A DNA stretch of 64,000 bases from Thainema sp. (GCA_052168235.1 JBQLZK010000007.1:1-64000), one strand, 5' to 3'; counted from the first letter of the stretch, positions 1-10,399 are shown. Notes: generated by a model not told the origin, from the letters alone. Numbers and translations are program-made.

Positions 1-436
1 TTAGCTTGCTTTCCTGATTAGATAAACTTATCACTATAATGTCAGAAGAGCCTTCAGCTTCTGTCACAGATTCCACCGCAACAATATCGTTTAGTCGATA
101 GCGAATTGCCTTTGGTGGATAATATGGAAATATTGCAGGGGTAGAACACGTTAGAGTTTCTGCCTGCTTATCAAAAACATAGGTTGAATAACGGCCACCC
201 CCATATGCTCTGACTAAAAATAGACCTATGAATAGCAGCACTGCTGGAAAGGCTCCTAATATAAGAGCTGGTTTAATAGAAGAACCAGAAAGAAAAAAGA
301 TGATTAGGGTGCATACAGCGAATGCGATTAGCGGTTGAACAATCAAATTTTTTGCGCTAGGAATTGTGCCATAGCTATAGACTTTAGCCCCGTCAAGGAT
401 AGCTAATCTGAATGCTGAATGCTCCAACACTTTCAT
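1..436 (-). CDS. Hypothetical membrane protein, runs off the left edge (partial)
   Basis: ATG at 436, frame open to position 2: MKVLEHSAFRLAILDG...two hydrophobic stretches...YSTYVFDKQAETLTC; not in the ORF track; AT-rich. Confidence 0.7.
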   Translation of the reverse strand, partial: MKVLEHSAFRLAILDGAKVYSYGTIPSAKNLIVQPLIAFAVCTLIIFFLSGSSIKPALILGAFPAVLLFIGLFLVRAYGGGRYSTYVFDKQAETLTCSTPAIFPYYPPKAIRYRLNDIVAVESVTEAEGSSDIIVISLSNQESKL

Positions 437-488
437 TGATGGATTCAGAGTGTGGTTATTATTCATAACGTGGGGTTAGTCCTCAAAA

Positions 489-541
489 GGTAGTGATTTT
501 TTATTGTGTGGGCGATGCTCACACAATAAAAAATCACTACC
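489..541. repeat. Perfect 22-bp-arm palindrome (intergenic hairpin element)
   Basis: GGTAGTGATTTTTTATTGTGTG-ggcgatgct-CACACAATAAAAAATCACTACC. Confidence 0.9.
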
Positions 542-867
542 CAAATACCACTACCTAACGTGGAACTGTTATAAACCACTTTATTGCTCTAGAGATGAGG
601 CTACTCACGAAATCTAAATGTAATTTTTGTTGGTTATAGCACTAGCATTATTAAAATGCACTATCTTTTCCATTAGCAACTCTGCGCATTTCGCTTCACA
701 CCATACTCCTACACAAGAGCGATCGCACTCTTCGTTTCAAGCAACTAAGCTAACAGAAACGCGATCAATGTGGAGTTGGAAGTGCGATCGCACTCCTCGC
801 GTAGAATGACCAAAGACTCGATGCATTACGCTAAAACCTAGTACCTGGGATCTCATGAGGAGAAACC

Positions 868-1170
868 ATGACCACCACAGCCACCTCAATCAACGGCATC
901 ACAATCCGTCTGCCAGATGAAAGGTGGCAACATATTATCCAGCGTCATGCAAATCTGACCGACCAGCAAGCGCTTTTGCTGCAAACGATTTCAGCACCTA
1001 CTCGTATTTTGTAAGGCAATGAGGACGCACTAATGGCGATCCGAGAAATCGACCCCGGAAAATGGCTGGTTGTAGTTTACAAAGAAGACAATACAGATGG
1101 TTGTGTCATTACCGCTTTCTCAACACGTCGGATCAATTCACTCAATCGGAGGCAGCAGATATGGCCCTAG
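868..1170 (+). pseudogene. RelE/BECR-like toxin with an in-frame nonsense codon
   Basis: RBS GAGGAG, ATG 868; MTTTATSINGITIRLPDERWQHIIQRH...APTRIL*GNEDALMAIREIDPGKWLVVVYKE...VITAF; TAA at 1012-1014, natural TAG at 1168-1170, overlaps the downstream DUF2283 gene. Confidence 0.75.
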
Positions 1171-1403
1171 CGAACTATCAAGAGGCTCAAACGTATCTCA
1201 AATTCTTGCCCCTCTTACATGACTTGCCCAAGCAGCCCTTCTTTATCGTTTACGACGCTGAAGCCGATGTGCTCTATATCGACTTTCAAAACCCACCTCA
1301 ATCTGCTGACGACAGCGAGTTGACCGACGACGACATTGTTATTCGGTACAACGAAGCTGAAGCCATTGTTGGCCTGACTATTCTTCATGCGAGTCAACGC
1401 TAG
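1161..1403 (+). CDS. DUF2283-family antitoxin-like protein
   Basis: YDAEADVLYIDF...DDIVIRY...IVGLTILHAS signature; ATG 1161 after GGAGG. Confidence 0.85.
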   Translation: MALANYQEAQTYLKFLPLLHDLPKQPFFIVYDAEADVLYIDFQNPPQSADDSELTDDDIVIRYNEAEAIVGLTILHASQR

Positions 1404-1426
1404 GCCAAGAAGCGCGATCTCATTAC

Positions 1427-1454
1427 AGCTAGAAGTGCGATCGCACTTCTAGCT
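1427..1454. repeat. HIP1-centred palindrome between convergent genes
   Basis: AGCTAGAAGT-GCGATCGC-ACTTCTAGCT. Confidence 0.8.
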
Positions 1455-1478
1455 AATCCATCGACACCAATACGGACA

Positions 1479-2345
1479 TCAAACGGTTACAGTGGCCTCG
1501 TGCCATAATCCTGTGGCAGCAACCTCTCTGGCATAATCAGCAAAATCCTTGGGTGGACGTCCCAATGCACGCTGAATCCCATCCGTAAGGGAGGCGTTGC
1601 GGCCATCGAGCACGGTGGAGAAAAGATAGTCCAGTATCCAAACCACCTCTTTCGGCGCACCGGAAGCCTTAACACCAGCGACAAAGGCTTCGTGTGGAAT
1701 TTGAACATAAGCGATCTCACGTCCCGTAGCGTTTGACAGCTCAGTAGCGATATCAGCAAAAGTCATCAGGCGTGGCCCCGTAACCTCATAGACCTCTCTG
1801 GCATGTCCAGATTCAGTCAGCGCCGCAACAACAACTTCAGCAATGTCGTTCACATCGACAAATGGCTCTGGAATATCGCCTGCCGGAAGTGTAATTTGAC
1901 CTGCTGTGACCATGTCGAGAAATGCACCCTCTGAAAAGTTTTGGTTGAACCAGCTAGCCCGGACGATCGTCCAGTCAACACCGCTCTCCTGCACAATTCG
2001 CTCACAAGCTTGTGCCTCTGCTTCACCCCGACCAGACAACAGCACCAGACGCTCGACTCCGTGATATTTGGCTCGGTCAACAAATGCCTGAATGGTGTCG
2101 GTCGCACCAGGGACAGCCAAATCCGGGACGTAGTTGATATAGACAGCTTTCACATCTTCCAGGCAGGCGTCCCAGCCAGCTTCTTGATGCCAATCAAAAG
2201 CTGGAGAAGCTGAACGCGAACCGATCCGGATTGACACGCCCTTCGCCTCCAGTTGAGCGGCAATCCTGCGGCCAGTCTTGCCGGTGCCGCCAAGGACGAG
2301 GGTGAGTCCCATCGGAGTTTGGGTTTGATGTTGAAGCATATTCAT
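1479..2345 (-). CDS. NmrA-like / atypical SDR NAD(P)-binding protein
   Basis: LVLGGTGKTGRR Rossmann motif, VLLSGRGE, PFVDVNDIAEV; likely start MNMLQH. Confidence 0.9.
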   Translation of the reverse strand: MNMLQHQTQTPMGLTLVLGGTGKTGRRIAAQLEAKGVSIRIGSRSASPAFDWHQEAGWDACLEDVKAVYINYVPDLAVPGATDTIQAFVDRAKYHGVERLVLLSGRGEAEAQACERIVQESGVDWTIVRASWFNQNFSEGAFLDMVTAGQITLPAGDIPEPFVDVNDIAEVVVAALTESGHAREVYEVTGPRLMTFADIATELSNATGREIAYVQIPHEAFVAGVKASGAPKEVVWILDYLFSTVLDGRNASLTDGIQRALGRPPKDFADYAREVAATGLWHEATVTV

Positions 2346-2480
2346 GGCTTGCTTTGACCTGTGGGTTAACTGCAAACCAACTATAGAAAGTCTGACCGAG
2401 ATATTTCTTGACAGCCGCTGCCGAAGTTTTGACACTATGCGCCAACTTTTAATGTGCCAATCTCAATGGGCAACCTTAAA

Positions 2481-3515
2481 TCAATCGGGTTTCACGTGGG
2501 GGCTGATGCGGAACGAGCGCGGCGTTTGTCCCGCCCAGCGTTTAAAGGCTCGCGTAAAAGCGCTTTGCTCAGAGAAGCCGGTCAGGAACGCAATTTCAAC
2601 CAGTGAATAGTCAGTTTGCTGTAGAAGACGTTCGGATAACTGACGCCGTGCCTCATCAACCAGAGCTTGATAGGAGTAGCCCAAATTTGACAGTCTGCGT
2701 TGCAACGTTCGTCCACTCATGCCAAAGTGTCCTGCTACATCGGAGATGGCGGGTACACCCTCACTCAAAGATCGAGAAACGTGAATTCGTACCTGTTGGT
2801 CGAGCGAGCTGTTATCTTCCAACTTAGATAGTTCAGCCGCAAGATGAGTATCGAAAAACTGGGAAATGCTCTCGTCACCAAGCTGATTTGGCGTTTGCAG
2901 CGTTTCACGTGAAACCAATAGTGCATCTCTATCCGCACCAAAATGAATGGGGCAGCCAAAATAGGCTTCGTGATCAACAATGGACTGTGGCGCTGCATGC
3001 TTAAAATAAACGGCCAGCGGTTGAAACTCTTGGGTGGAGACTTGTTGACTAATTGAGGCGATGCTCGCGATGGTGGCTTCATTGGAAAGCCGCATACCCA
3101 GACGCCGCTCACCCACGCGATGCAGGTGCATGAATGCTCCTTGTTCTGTCATCTCCAGCTCATAGGTTGAAACGCTCGTCAGCACACGGGCATAGCGTTC
3201 CGCACGCTCATAAGAGCCCTGCAAATTAGTCGCTGACTTCCAGGCTAGGCCAAAAGCGCCATAATCATCACAGCGCATTGCTTCACCCGCTCTCAATGGC
3301 AGAGTCGTGGCATTGCGCTCGGCTGCCGCAATCCGTTCCAGAAAAGCATAGTAGTCTGCGTCAGACACCATCTGCGAGGGATCAATCGGACTATCCGGCT
3401 CGATGCCTACTGAACGCAATACGGCATCCTGATCGATATTATCGTCAACTACTCCAATGACTTTTCGAATGAACAGCGAGGTTATTTGTCCCTTCACGTT
3501 ACGTGTTCTAGACAT
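2481..3515 (-). CDS. AraC-family transcriptional regulator
   Basis: C-terminal MSGRTLQRRL...EIAFLTGFSEQSAFTRAFKRWAGQTP. Confidence 0.95.
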   Translation of the reverse strand: MSRTRNVKGQITSLFIRKVIGVVDDNIDQDAVLRSVGIEPDSPIDPSQMVSDADYYAFLERIAAAERNATTLPLRAGEAMRCDDYGAFGLAWKSATNLQGSYERAERYARVLTSVSTYELEMTEQGAFMHLHRVGERRLGMRLSNEATIASIASISQQVSTQEFQPLAVYFKHAAPQSIVDHEAYFGCPIHFGADRDALLVSRETLQTPNQLGDESISQFFDTHLAAELSKLEDNSSLDQQVRIHVSRSLSEGVPAISDVAGHFGMSGRTLQRRLSNLGYSYQALVDEARRQLSERLLQQTDYSLVEIAFLTGFSEQSAFTRAFKRWAGQTPRSFRISPHVKPD

Positions 3516-3638
3516 AGTACTTTGCCGACGTGCGATCGCAGATCTGATAGTTTCCTACAGCAGAATTCTAATATTTCATTGCATCAACCCCTCGATCCCC
3601 GGTAGGCTAAATGCTGGCAGATTTAAGGGAGAGTGGCG

Positions 3639-4952
3639 ATGACAAAACCCAAAATTATCGTGCTGGATGACGATCCCACCGGATCGCAAACCGTGCATAG
3701 CTGTCTACTGCTCATGCGCTGGGACGTAGACACGCTGAAGCTAGGTCTACTGGATGAATCGCCCATCTTTTTCATTCTGACCAATACCCGCTCATTAACG
3801 CCCGCACAGGCCGACAGCGTCACGCGCGACGTTTGCCATAACCTAAAAACTGCGATCGCAGATGTTGGCGTTGAAGATTATCTGGTCGTCAGCCGCTCCG
3901 ACTCCACGCTGCGGGGTCATTATCCGGTGGAAACCGATGCGATCGCAGAGGAACTGGGGCCATTTGATGCCCATTTCTTGATCCCGGCTTTCTTTGAAGG
4001 GGGCCGCATTACCCGCGACAGCACCCACTATCTGATGGTGGATGGTAAGCCCGTGCCGACGCATGAGACCGAGTTTGCTAAGGATTCCGTCTTTGGCTAC
4101 AGCACCGCCTATTTACCGGATTATGTGGAAGAGAAAACCAGCGGTCGGATCAGCGCTGACCAAGTGGAGCGGTTTACGCTCAGCGACATTCGCCAGGGCA
4201 CTCAAGAGCGGCTAATGCAGCTCCAGGGCAATGTCTGCGTCGCCGTCGATGGGGAAACGCAAGCAGATCTGGATCAGTTTGCTGCCGATGCCCTTCAGGC
4301 TGCTGCCCAGGGCAAAAAGTTTCTGTTTCGCAGTGCCGCCAGCATTTTGACTGCCCTCGCTGCGCTGCCGCCCCAGCCCGTCAAGTCAGAGGATATGGCT
4401 CAGTACACCCGCCAGGGTAAACCCGGCGTTGTGTTGGTCGGTTCCCATGTGCAAAAGACGACACAGCAGCTACAGCCGCTATTAGCAGAAACCGGAACGG
4501 AAGGAATTGAAGTGGATGTAGCTCAGCTTGTGCATCCAACCGAGGAGGTGCGATCGCAGATTCTACAGTCTGTCTTATCGCAAGTTGAAACCGCCTATCA
4601 AGCGGGCAAAACGCCCGTAATCTACACCAGCCGTAAAGAGCTGACCTTCGACAATGTGCAGACTCGCTTGGACTTTGGCGTAGCGGTTTCGCGCTTACTG
4701 ATGGATATCCTGCGCGGTTTACCGAGCGACATCGGCTTCCTGATTAGTAAAGGCGGCATCACGTCGAACGATACACTCAGTACTGGACTAGCGCTCCAAT
4801 CAGCCCGCCTATTGGGACAGATCATTCCTGGTTGCTCGGTGGTGCGCACTCCAGCCGATCATGCACAATTTCCCGATCTACCTGTTGTTCTATTCCCCGG
4901 TAACGTGGGCGACGATCAAGCACTAGCAACGGTGTATCAGCGGCTCAGCTAG
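3639..4952 (+). CDS. Four-carbon acid sugar kinase family (DUF1537/YgbK-like)
   Basis: IIVLDDDPTGSQ, SRSDSTLRGH, SKGGITS, FPGNVG motifs. Confidence 0.92.
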   Translation: MTKPKIIVLDDDPTGSQTVHSCLLLMRWDVDTLKLGLLDESPIFFILTNTRSLTPAQADSVTRDVCHNLKTAIADVGVEDYLVVSRSDSTLRGHYPVETDAIAEELGPFDAHFLIPAFFEGGRITRDSTHYLMVDGKPVPTHETEFAKDSVFGYSTAYLPDYVEEKTSGRISADQVERFTLSDIRQGTQERLMQLQGNVCVAVDGETQADLDQFAADALQAAAQGKKFLFRSAASILTALAALPPQPVKSEDMAQYTRQGKPGVVLVGSHVQKTTQQLQPLLAETGTEGIEVDVAQLVHPTEEVRSQILQSVLSQVETAYQAGKTPVIYTSRKELTFDNVQTRLDFGVAVSRLLMDILRGLPSDIGFLISKGGITSNDTLSTGLALQSARLLGQIIPGCSVVRTPADHAQFPDLPVVLFPGNVGDDQALATVYQRLS

Positions 4953-6028
4953 GCTTGCCACCACTGCTGCTCCGCCTGCAAATCTTGCAGCTTCTGGTGA
5001 TTGCGCCAGTGTTGGTACAGGTACGCTTTGGCAATTTGCCACAGCGGCAGCGATAGCCAACCCACCAGCCAGCAGCCAATACTAACCGCTAGCCACTGCA
5101 GCAGCCAGTGGGACGGTTCCGGTATCAGCCCCTGCCCGAGTTTAACAATCAGCAGCCAGCTCACGAACTGGGCAGGCACCTGTAACGGCACGGTCAACAG
5201 CCAAATCAAAGCCGCCAAACGCAACAGTAGGCGGGTCGATCGCCGCGTCAGCCGCCAGCTCTGGCGCAGGCTACTGCCCGCCGTCGCGATCGGTTTAATT
5301 ACCAGGATGGCTTCAGCCAAAAAGAAATGCAGCAAAAAGCGCAGACTAATCCAGACTGTGCCAACCGTAAAGAGCAGCAGAATCAGCACGATAGCCATCA
5401 CGGCTGTGTGCTGCACAGTGGCGGGCGGAAACTGAACCGCCGCGATCGCAGCTAATCCTGTACTCAGCGTCAAGATAAAATACAGCGCCGTCACCAGCAG
5501 ACTGAGTCCGCTATAGGCCAGCATCAGCACACCCGCCGAAACACCACTGAGCTTGAGAGCCAGTAGACCAAACTCGATTCGCTTGCGCCAAGACAGCTTG
5601 CCCAGGCCAGCCTGCTTTGGGGCTGAATCGGCTGGAACTGGAGGTAATTCAGTCGAACTGGCAACATCCACTGCTAGTTTAGGCTGTAGGTATAGCCACG
5701 CCCAGCGGCTCAGTTGACCCGAACCAATACAGTAACCAGCAATCCCCACAAAGCCAACAACAATTCCCACTAGCCACGGCCAAAGTGCGATCTCATCCAT
5801 CTGCTGATACGCTCTAAGCCCAGCTAGCCCGACTAACATGGGCAACAGCAACCAGGCCGACGCCTGGAGCGATTGGCGCAAGCAGATTCTCACCTGCCGC
5901 CGATAGAGTCCCACACTTTGCCAAAGAGTCTGACGGGCCGATAAACGCGAATCAGTCGAATGGCTGGACTCTTGGGAAGAGGCCGCGGAAGACATCGGCA
6001 GTTCACCAGAATCATGCTGCTGCATCAC
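4949..6028 (-). CDS. Multi-pass membrane protein of unknown function
   Basis: 359-aa ORF with about 6 hydrophobic segments and SLRQSWRLT motif; start may be MSSAASS. Confidence 0.7.
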   Translation of the reverse strand: MMQQHDSGELPMSSAASSQESSHSTDSRLSARQTLWQSVGLYRRQVRICLRQSLQASAWLLLPMLVGLAGLRAYQQMDEIALWPWLVGIVVGFVGIAGYCIGSGQLSRWAWLYLQPKLAVDVASSTELPPVPADSAPKQAGLGKLSWRKRIEFGLLALKLSGVSAGVLMLAYSGLSLLVTALYFILTLSTGLAAIAAVQFPPATVQHTAVMAIVLILLLFTVGTVWISLRFLLHFFLAEAILVIKPIATAGSSLRQSWRLTRRSTRLLLRLAALIWLLTVPLQVPAQFVSWLLIVKLGQGLIPEPSHWLLQWLAVSIGCWLVGWLSLPLWQIAKAYLYQHWRNHQKLQDLQAEQQWWQA

Positions 6029-6057
6029 TAAACTCTATGCTGGTCTACGCTGAACAC

Positions 6058-6125
6058 CAAGTCTGTTCGTAAAAACCAATTTTAGTGTATGTGACCTGAA
6101 CGCGCCGCATACAGGTCACATACGC
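6058..6125. repeat. Palindromic element with one family-B end (reverse orientation)
   Basis: CAAGTCTGTTCGTAAAAACCAATTT then GTATGTGACCTG-13 nt-CAGGTCACATAC. Confidence 0.65.
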
Positions 6126-6192
6126 AGGACATATATTGCATCAAGAGGGCTTAAAAAGGCATTAAGAGGTGCATAAGCGGAGCAGACGAGGA

Positions 6193-7095
6193 CTATCGAG
6201 ACGATTCAGTTTGCAAATCCTCAATTAAACTCGCTAAATCATCACTGGACGCATGATAAACCTCATTACAAAACTGGCAGGTGGCCTCTGCCCCATCATC
6301 CTTTTCAATCATGTCTTGCAGCTCATCTGCGCCCAGTATCTTTAATGCCCCCATCATACGAGAACGGGAACAGCGACAGTTAAAGCGGACAAGCTGAGAT
6401 TCCGGCAGAATCTCCAGTCCTATATCGCCTAAGAGGTCTTCCATAATCTGCGATAGGGTTTTACCCGCTCGTAAAAGCGGCGTAAAGCCTGACAGTTGGC
6501 TCAACCGAGATTCTAGTAACTCAACTAGCACGTCATCTCGGGCTGCTTTGGGCATCACCTGTAGCAGTAGACCTCCAGCAGCAGTCACACCCTGCTCGCT
6601 CACAAATACGCCTAGCAGCAGTGCCGATGGCGTTTGTTCGGATGTCACTAAGTAATGGGTTAAATCATCCCCAATTTCACCAGACACTAACTCTACCGTG
6701 CTGGAATAGGGATAACCGTAGCCAACATCCCGCACGACATAGACATATCCGTCGCGACCGACTGCGCCCCCCACATCTAGTTTGCCTTGTGGATTAGGCG
6801 GCAACTCGATGTAGGGATTATCAACGTAGCCCCGCACTGTCCCGTCCAGTCCCGCATCAATTAGGATGCCGCCCAGCGGGCCGTCACCCCGAACTCGAAT
6901 ATTGACGCGAGATTCGGGCCGCTTCATATTTGAGGCCAACAAAAGTCCCGCCGACATGGTTCGTCCTAGTGCTGCGGTGGCAACGTAGGACAATTGGTGG
7001 CGCTGCCTGGCTTCTTCAGTCAGGCGAGTGGTAATCACGCCAACGGCCCGAATCCCCCCGTCTGCGGCTGTTGCTCGAATCAATTGATCTGCCAT
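6193..7095 (-). CDS. hslO: Hsp33 redox-regulated chaperone
   Basis: MADQLIRATAA, SEQTPS, CRCS...CQFC zinc motif. Confidence 0.97.
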   Translation of the reverse strand: MADQLIRATAADGGIRAVGVITTRLTEEARQRHQLSYVATAALGRTMSAGLLLASNMKRPESRVNIRVRGDGPLGGILIDAGLDGTVRGYVDNPYIELPPNPQGKLDVGGAVGRDGYVYVVRDVGYGYPYSSTVELVSGEIGDDLTHYLVTSEQTPSALLLGVFVSEQGVTAAGGLLLQVMPKAARDDVLVELLESRLSQLSGFTPLLRAGKTLSQIMEDLLGDIGLEILPESQLVRFNCRCSRSRMMGALKILGADELQDMIEKDDGAEATCQFCNEVYHASSDDLASLIEDLQTESSR

Positions 7096-7353
7096 GCAAT
7101 GACCTAGATCCTTACGTTTGCAAATACGTTACGTTACAAATTGGTTCACAATCTTTTCTATTGTAAAGTCGAGATCACGTTCGCAAGGCAAAATCCGATG
7201 GCGCAAATCCCGATCGGTACACGACCTGCGATCGCACTTTTTCTATCGCACTTTCTCCCTCGCACCTTTGGCATCCTCTATACCAGTGATTGGTATCTAT
7301 GCCGCCTTGCCATGTCACCTGTTACACTGCTGATATGCAATCCGGTTATAAAA

Positions 7354-7389
7354 TCTCAGACCTACTTTGTGTCTCAGACCTACTTTGCG
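7354..7389. repeat. 18-bp tandem duplication
   Basis: TCTCAGACCTACTTTGTG TCTCAGACCTACTTTGCG. Confidence 0.9.
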
Positions 7390-7495
7390 TGGAACAGTTT
7401 GCCTGGAACAAGTTGCATGGGACAGGTTTGGCTTGCCTTTAACAAAAGACAGAACTGGTTTTATGAGCGGATTCAGGCGGAGTCATGCAAACTGA

Positions 7496-8053
7496 ATGCT
7501 CATGTCCTACATTGAACTGCCGGATAATCTCAAGCACATTTTGCAAATGCACCGTCGCCCGGATGAGGTGTTTACAGAACTGATGCCAGCCTTGGTGCAT
7601 ACCCTCCAGTGCGATCGCTGTTTTTTATATGTTCGTCATCCTGAAACCCGCTGGGCGCGTCATGCCTACTGTTGGCGGCAGGATGAAACCCTACCAGATG
7701 TGACCGAAGATTGGCTCAAAGAAAATCCGGCAGAGTTGGAAGATTGTGACCCGCTATTTGCCGCTTCGCTGCGGGGTGAACCTTCTATTTTTGTGGATGA
7801 CGTTGAAACCGCTCATCCAGATGTCGTCAATCTTGAGTACGAGCGCCAGCATTATGGCCATCGGGCGCTGATTCATGGTCATATTTATCGAGCTGAAGGG
7901 GACGATCAGGGACTATGGGGCGTACTGCAGCCCTGCGTCTTCCACCAGCCGCGCCACTGGACCCAGTATGACCGCTCGGTGATCCTGTTCACCATCGAGC
8001 AAATTACACCCCTTGTAGTTGACTATGTTAAACAACATAGTCCCGCACCATAA
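7496..8053 (+). CDS. Stand-alone GAF domain protein
   Basis: LQCDRCFLYVRHP, LWGVLQPCVFHQPRHW. Confidence 0.85.
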   Translation: MLMSYIELPDNLKHILQMHRRPDEVFTELMPALVHTLQCDRCFLYVRHPETRWARHAYCWRQDETLPDVTEDWLKENPAELEDCDPLFAASLRGEPSIFVDDVETAHPDVVNLEYERQHYGHRALIHGHIYRAEGDDQGLWGVLQPCVFHQPRHWTQYDRSVILFTIEQITPLVVDYVKQHSPAP

Positions 8054-8374
8054 ATCTGGAGTAAATGCACCCTGACACATTGGGTCATTTGCTACCATCA
8101 CTCAGCTCTAGCCGATTATCAGTAATGCTAAATCCGCCTACGACAATCCATTTCGCTGCTTGCAAATGGTACGCATAGCGCATCATTCACAAAACCAGTC
8201 TGGGATCGTTACAGCCAGATTTAGCCTGAGATGCATGGTAGGGGGAAGTCGTTGACTTCTGACTTTTCTAGTTCTAACGTCTTAAGCCGCGATTTGGAAA
8301 TCGCGATCGCGCAAACAATTGCACAAATACCAGACAAACCTCAACAACCGATTCAATCTAATGAATTCAGTCCA

Positions 8375-9229
8375 TCAGTCCAACACCTGAAAATCATCAG
8401 GCATTCGCGCACCCTGAAAATTGGCCTTAGTTAACGTTGCACCCCGTAGATTGGCAGCCATTAAATTGGCATTTTGTAGGTTTGCCTGACGCAGATTGGC
8501 ACCCCTTAAATTGGCAGCGGTAAGATTTGCAAAACTCAAATCCGCTCCCATTAGAATAGCCCATCGCAGCGTTGCCTGACGAAAAGAGACATAAACTAAA
8601 TTTGCTTCTAATAAATAAACCCGGCTGAGGTGCGCCGCATTGCAATTGGCTTGGTGCAGCTTGGTGCGATAGAAATAAGCTCCCTGTAGCTCCGCGTGGT
8701 AAAGATTGGCGCGGGTCAGGTCAGCCTGATTGAAGGTTGCATCTACGCCATGTGCCCAAGCTAAATTAGCACGCTGCAGTGTCGCCTCGCTAAAATTGGC
8801 AGCCTGCAAATTGGCCTCTCGTAAATCAGTGCCAATTAAATTAGCCCCCGTCAAATTGGCCTCAACTAGATTGACGCCACGTAAGTCTGCCCCAATCAGA
8901 TTGGCCCCCCGCAAATCCACGCCAGCTAGATTCGCTCCGCGCAAATCCGCGCCTACTAACTGCGCCTGCTGTAAATCTGCATCGACCAGCAAAGCACGCT
9001 GGAGTAATGCGCTGCTTAAGTTGGCCTGACTCAAATGGGCTGACTCTAAATCAGCTTCCACCAAATTGGCAGCACGCAGATTCGCTCGCTCCAAACGAAC
9101 ACCTTTCAGATTGAACGCCTGCAAGCTCGCTTCACTAAAATCGGGTTCAATTCGGTCATGCCGATTCAGCCATGCTGTCCATTGAGCACTGCCGCGTCTG
9201 AGCTGCATTAAGTGTTCCGTGTTCGCCAT
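8375..9229 (-). CDS. Pentapeptide repeat protein
   Basis: Long A(D/N)Lxx repeat run. Confidence 0.95.
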   Translation of the reverse strand: MANTEHLMQLRRGSAQWTAWLNRHDRIEPDFSEASLQAFNLKGVRLERANLRAANLVEADLESAHLSQANLSSALLQRALLVDADLQQAQLVGADLRGANLAGVDLRGANLIGADLRGVNLVEANLTGANLIGTDLREANLQAANFSEATLQRANLAWAHGVDATFNQADLTRANLYHAELQGAYFYRTKLHQANCNAAHLSRVYLLEANLVYVSFRQATLRWAILMGADLSFANLTAANLRGANLRQANLQNANLMAANLRGATLTKANFQGARMPDDFQVLD

Positions 9230-9356
9230 TAATTCGCCGTAGCTTACCTCATTCTGGTGTCAGACCGTCGTATTTATCTCAATCTCATATTATTCCTGAT
9301 TCATTCGTAATGCTGAATCCTCCTTGGGAGATTTTGCCCTGAATAGACGGTTTTTG

Positions 9357-9420
9357 TCGTTTTTCACAATCGTTTTTCACAATCGTTTTTCATCATCATT
9401 TCTCACAGTCATTCTCATCG
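9357..9420. repeat. Degenerate 13-bp tandem repeat (4-5 units)
   Basis: TCGTTTTTCACAA x2, TCGTTTTTCATCA, TCATTTCTCACAG. Confidence 0.8.
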
Positions 9421-9486
9421 CAATGGTCACGTCGGCTAGGACACGGAAAACCTCCGAAAAGCCTTGAAAATGCTCAGAGGCAAGAA

Positions 9487-10128
9487 CTACTCATTGGCAT
9501 TGTCAATAGATGGACTGCGCCCTCGGACACTTTCCATCGCCGTGAGCACTGCTTGAGACGCCGTAATGATGTCGCGTTCTTCTCCACCTAAATACAGTCG
9601 GCCAAAACTACCGATCGCACTCACCTGCAAAATATTAATCAGCGCCGCTTTTTCGGCTTCATTTGCCGCGAGAGCCGCATAGGCCGCAGGCTGCACTTCC
9701 ATCACGTACAGAGATTCGCCTGCCAGCAGCATATGACCTCGGCGAGTACGGTTCACCATCTGGGCTTGGTGCGCGTCGATATTGCGAATAATCTGGCTCG
9801 ACATGACCTGGGGTTTGAGCCGATCATCTTCATTAACACCTAAGGCATCCAAAATGGCATAGCCCGCGCTGCGCACATCACCTTGGCGTGACGAGTGAAT
9901 CTCTAGCAGCCCGTACAGACGTTCCACCATCTGCACACCGGGACGCACATTGTTGGATTTAAGAGCTACATCCGTAATGCGATTAATTTCGATGCCAGGA
10001 GAAATCTCAATCCACAGCGAAGAATCGCCTGGTAGTGGCAAAAAGCCGATAGATACTGTGCCCATGTAGGCGGCATGCTGCCGCTGCAAGCTGTCAATGA
10101 AAACGTAACTGCGCAGATCGACGCCCAA
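9487..10128 (-). CDS. ccmP: Carboxysome shell protein, tandem BMC domain
   Basis: [21 protein letters not shown]...[19 protein letters not shown]...[10 protein letters not shown]. Confidence 0.92.
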   Translation of the reverse strand: MGVDLRSYVFIDSLQRQHAAYMGTVSIGFLPLPGDSSLWIEISPGIEINRITDVALKSNNVRPGVQMVERLYGLLEIHSSRQGDVRSAGYAILDALGVNEDDRLKPQVMSSQIIRNIDAHQAQMVNRTRRGHMLLAGESLYVMEVQPAAYAALAANEAEKAALINILQVSAIGSFGRLYLGGEERDIITASQAVLTAMESVRGRSPSIDNANE

Positions 10129-10276
10129 AACTGATGTCTCCGTGTGAGTGCTGAATTCGAAATGTGCGATCGCGCATTTCGATCAGCGGATATGTGAAAC
10201 TCCCCCATAGTACAGTCTCAAAAAACTGATCGGGATTCAATATATCCCCTGCCATATATTAAACCGCCTGCCCCAA

Positions 10277-10370
10277 TATAGCGGTAGCCAGCTCCGTTAG
10301 GACACGGACGTTATTGTGGCGCAGCATCACCGCGCCACAATAACGTCATAACCAAGATGGCTATCGCTAT
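10277..10370. mobile_element. Miniature palindromic element, family A
   Basis: Terminal IR ATAGCGGTAGCCA/TGGCTATCGCTAT; inner GTTAGGAC...GTCATAAC; central 16-bp stem GACGTTATTGTGGCGC/GCGCCACAATAACGTC. Confidence 0.75.
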
Positions 10371-10399
10371 CGCTTTAAGTTTTGAGGGTTGATAAACCA

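Noticed and set aside
1062..1160. N-terminal part of the 113-aa ORF 1062..1403
   Set aside because: It overlaps the toxin frame; ATG 1161 has a good RBS and fits DUF2283 size.
7118..7515. ORFs 7118..7333 and 7141..7515
   Set aside because: TTG starts, no recognisable motifs, span a divergent promoter region and repeats.
9357..9420. CRISPR array (also considered for the 7354 and 27820 repeats)
   Set aside because: Units are adjacent with no unique spacers, and there are no cas genes.
10277..10370. Canonical integron attC site
   Set aside because: GTTAGG precedes the TAAC box, the reverse of the RYYYAAC...GTTRRRY order; there is no cassette array or integrase. Only the fold analogy is kept.
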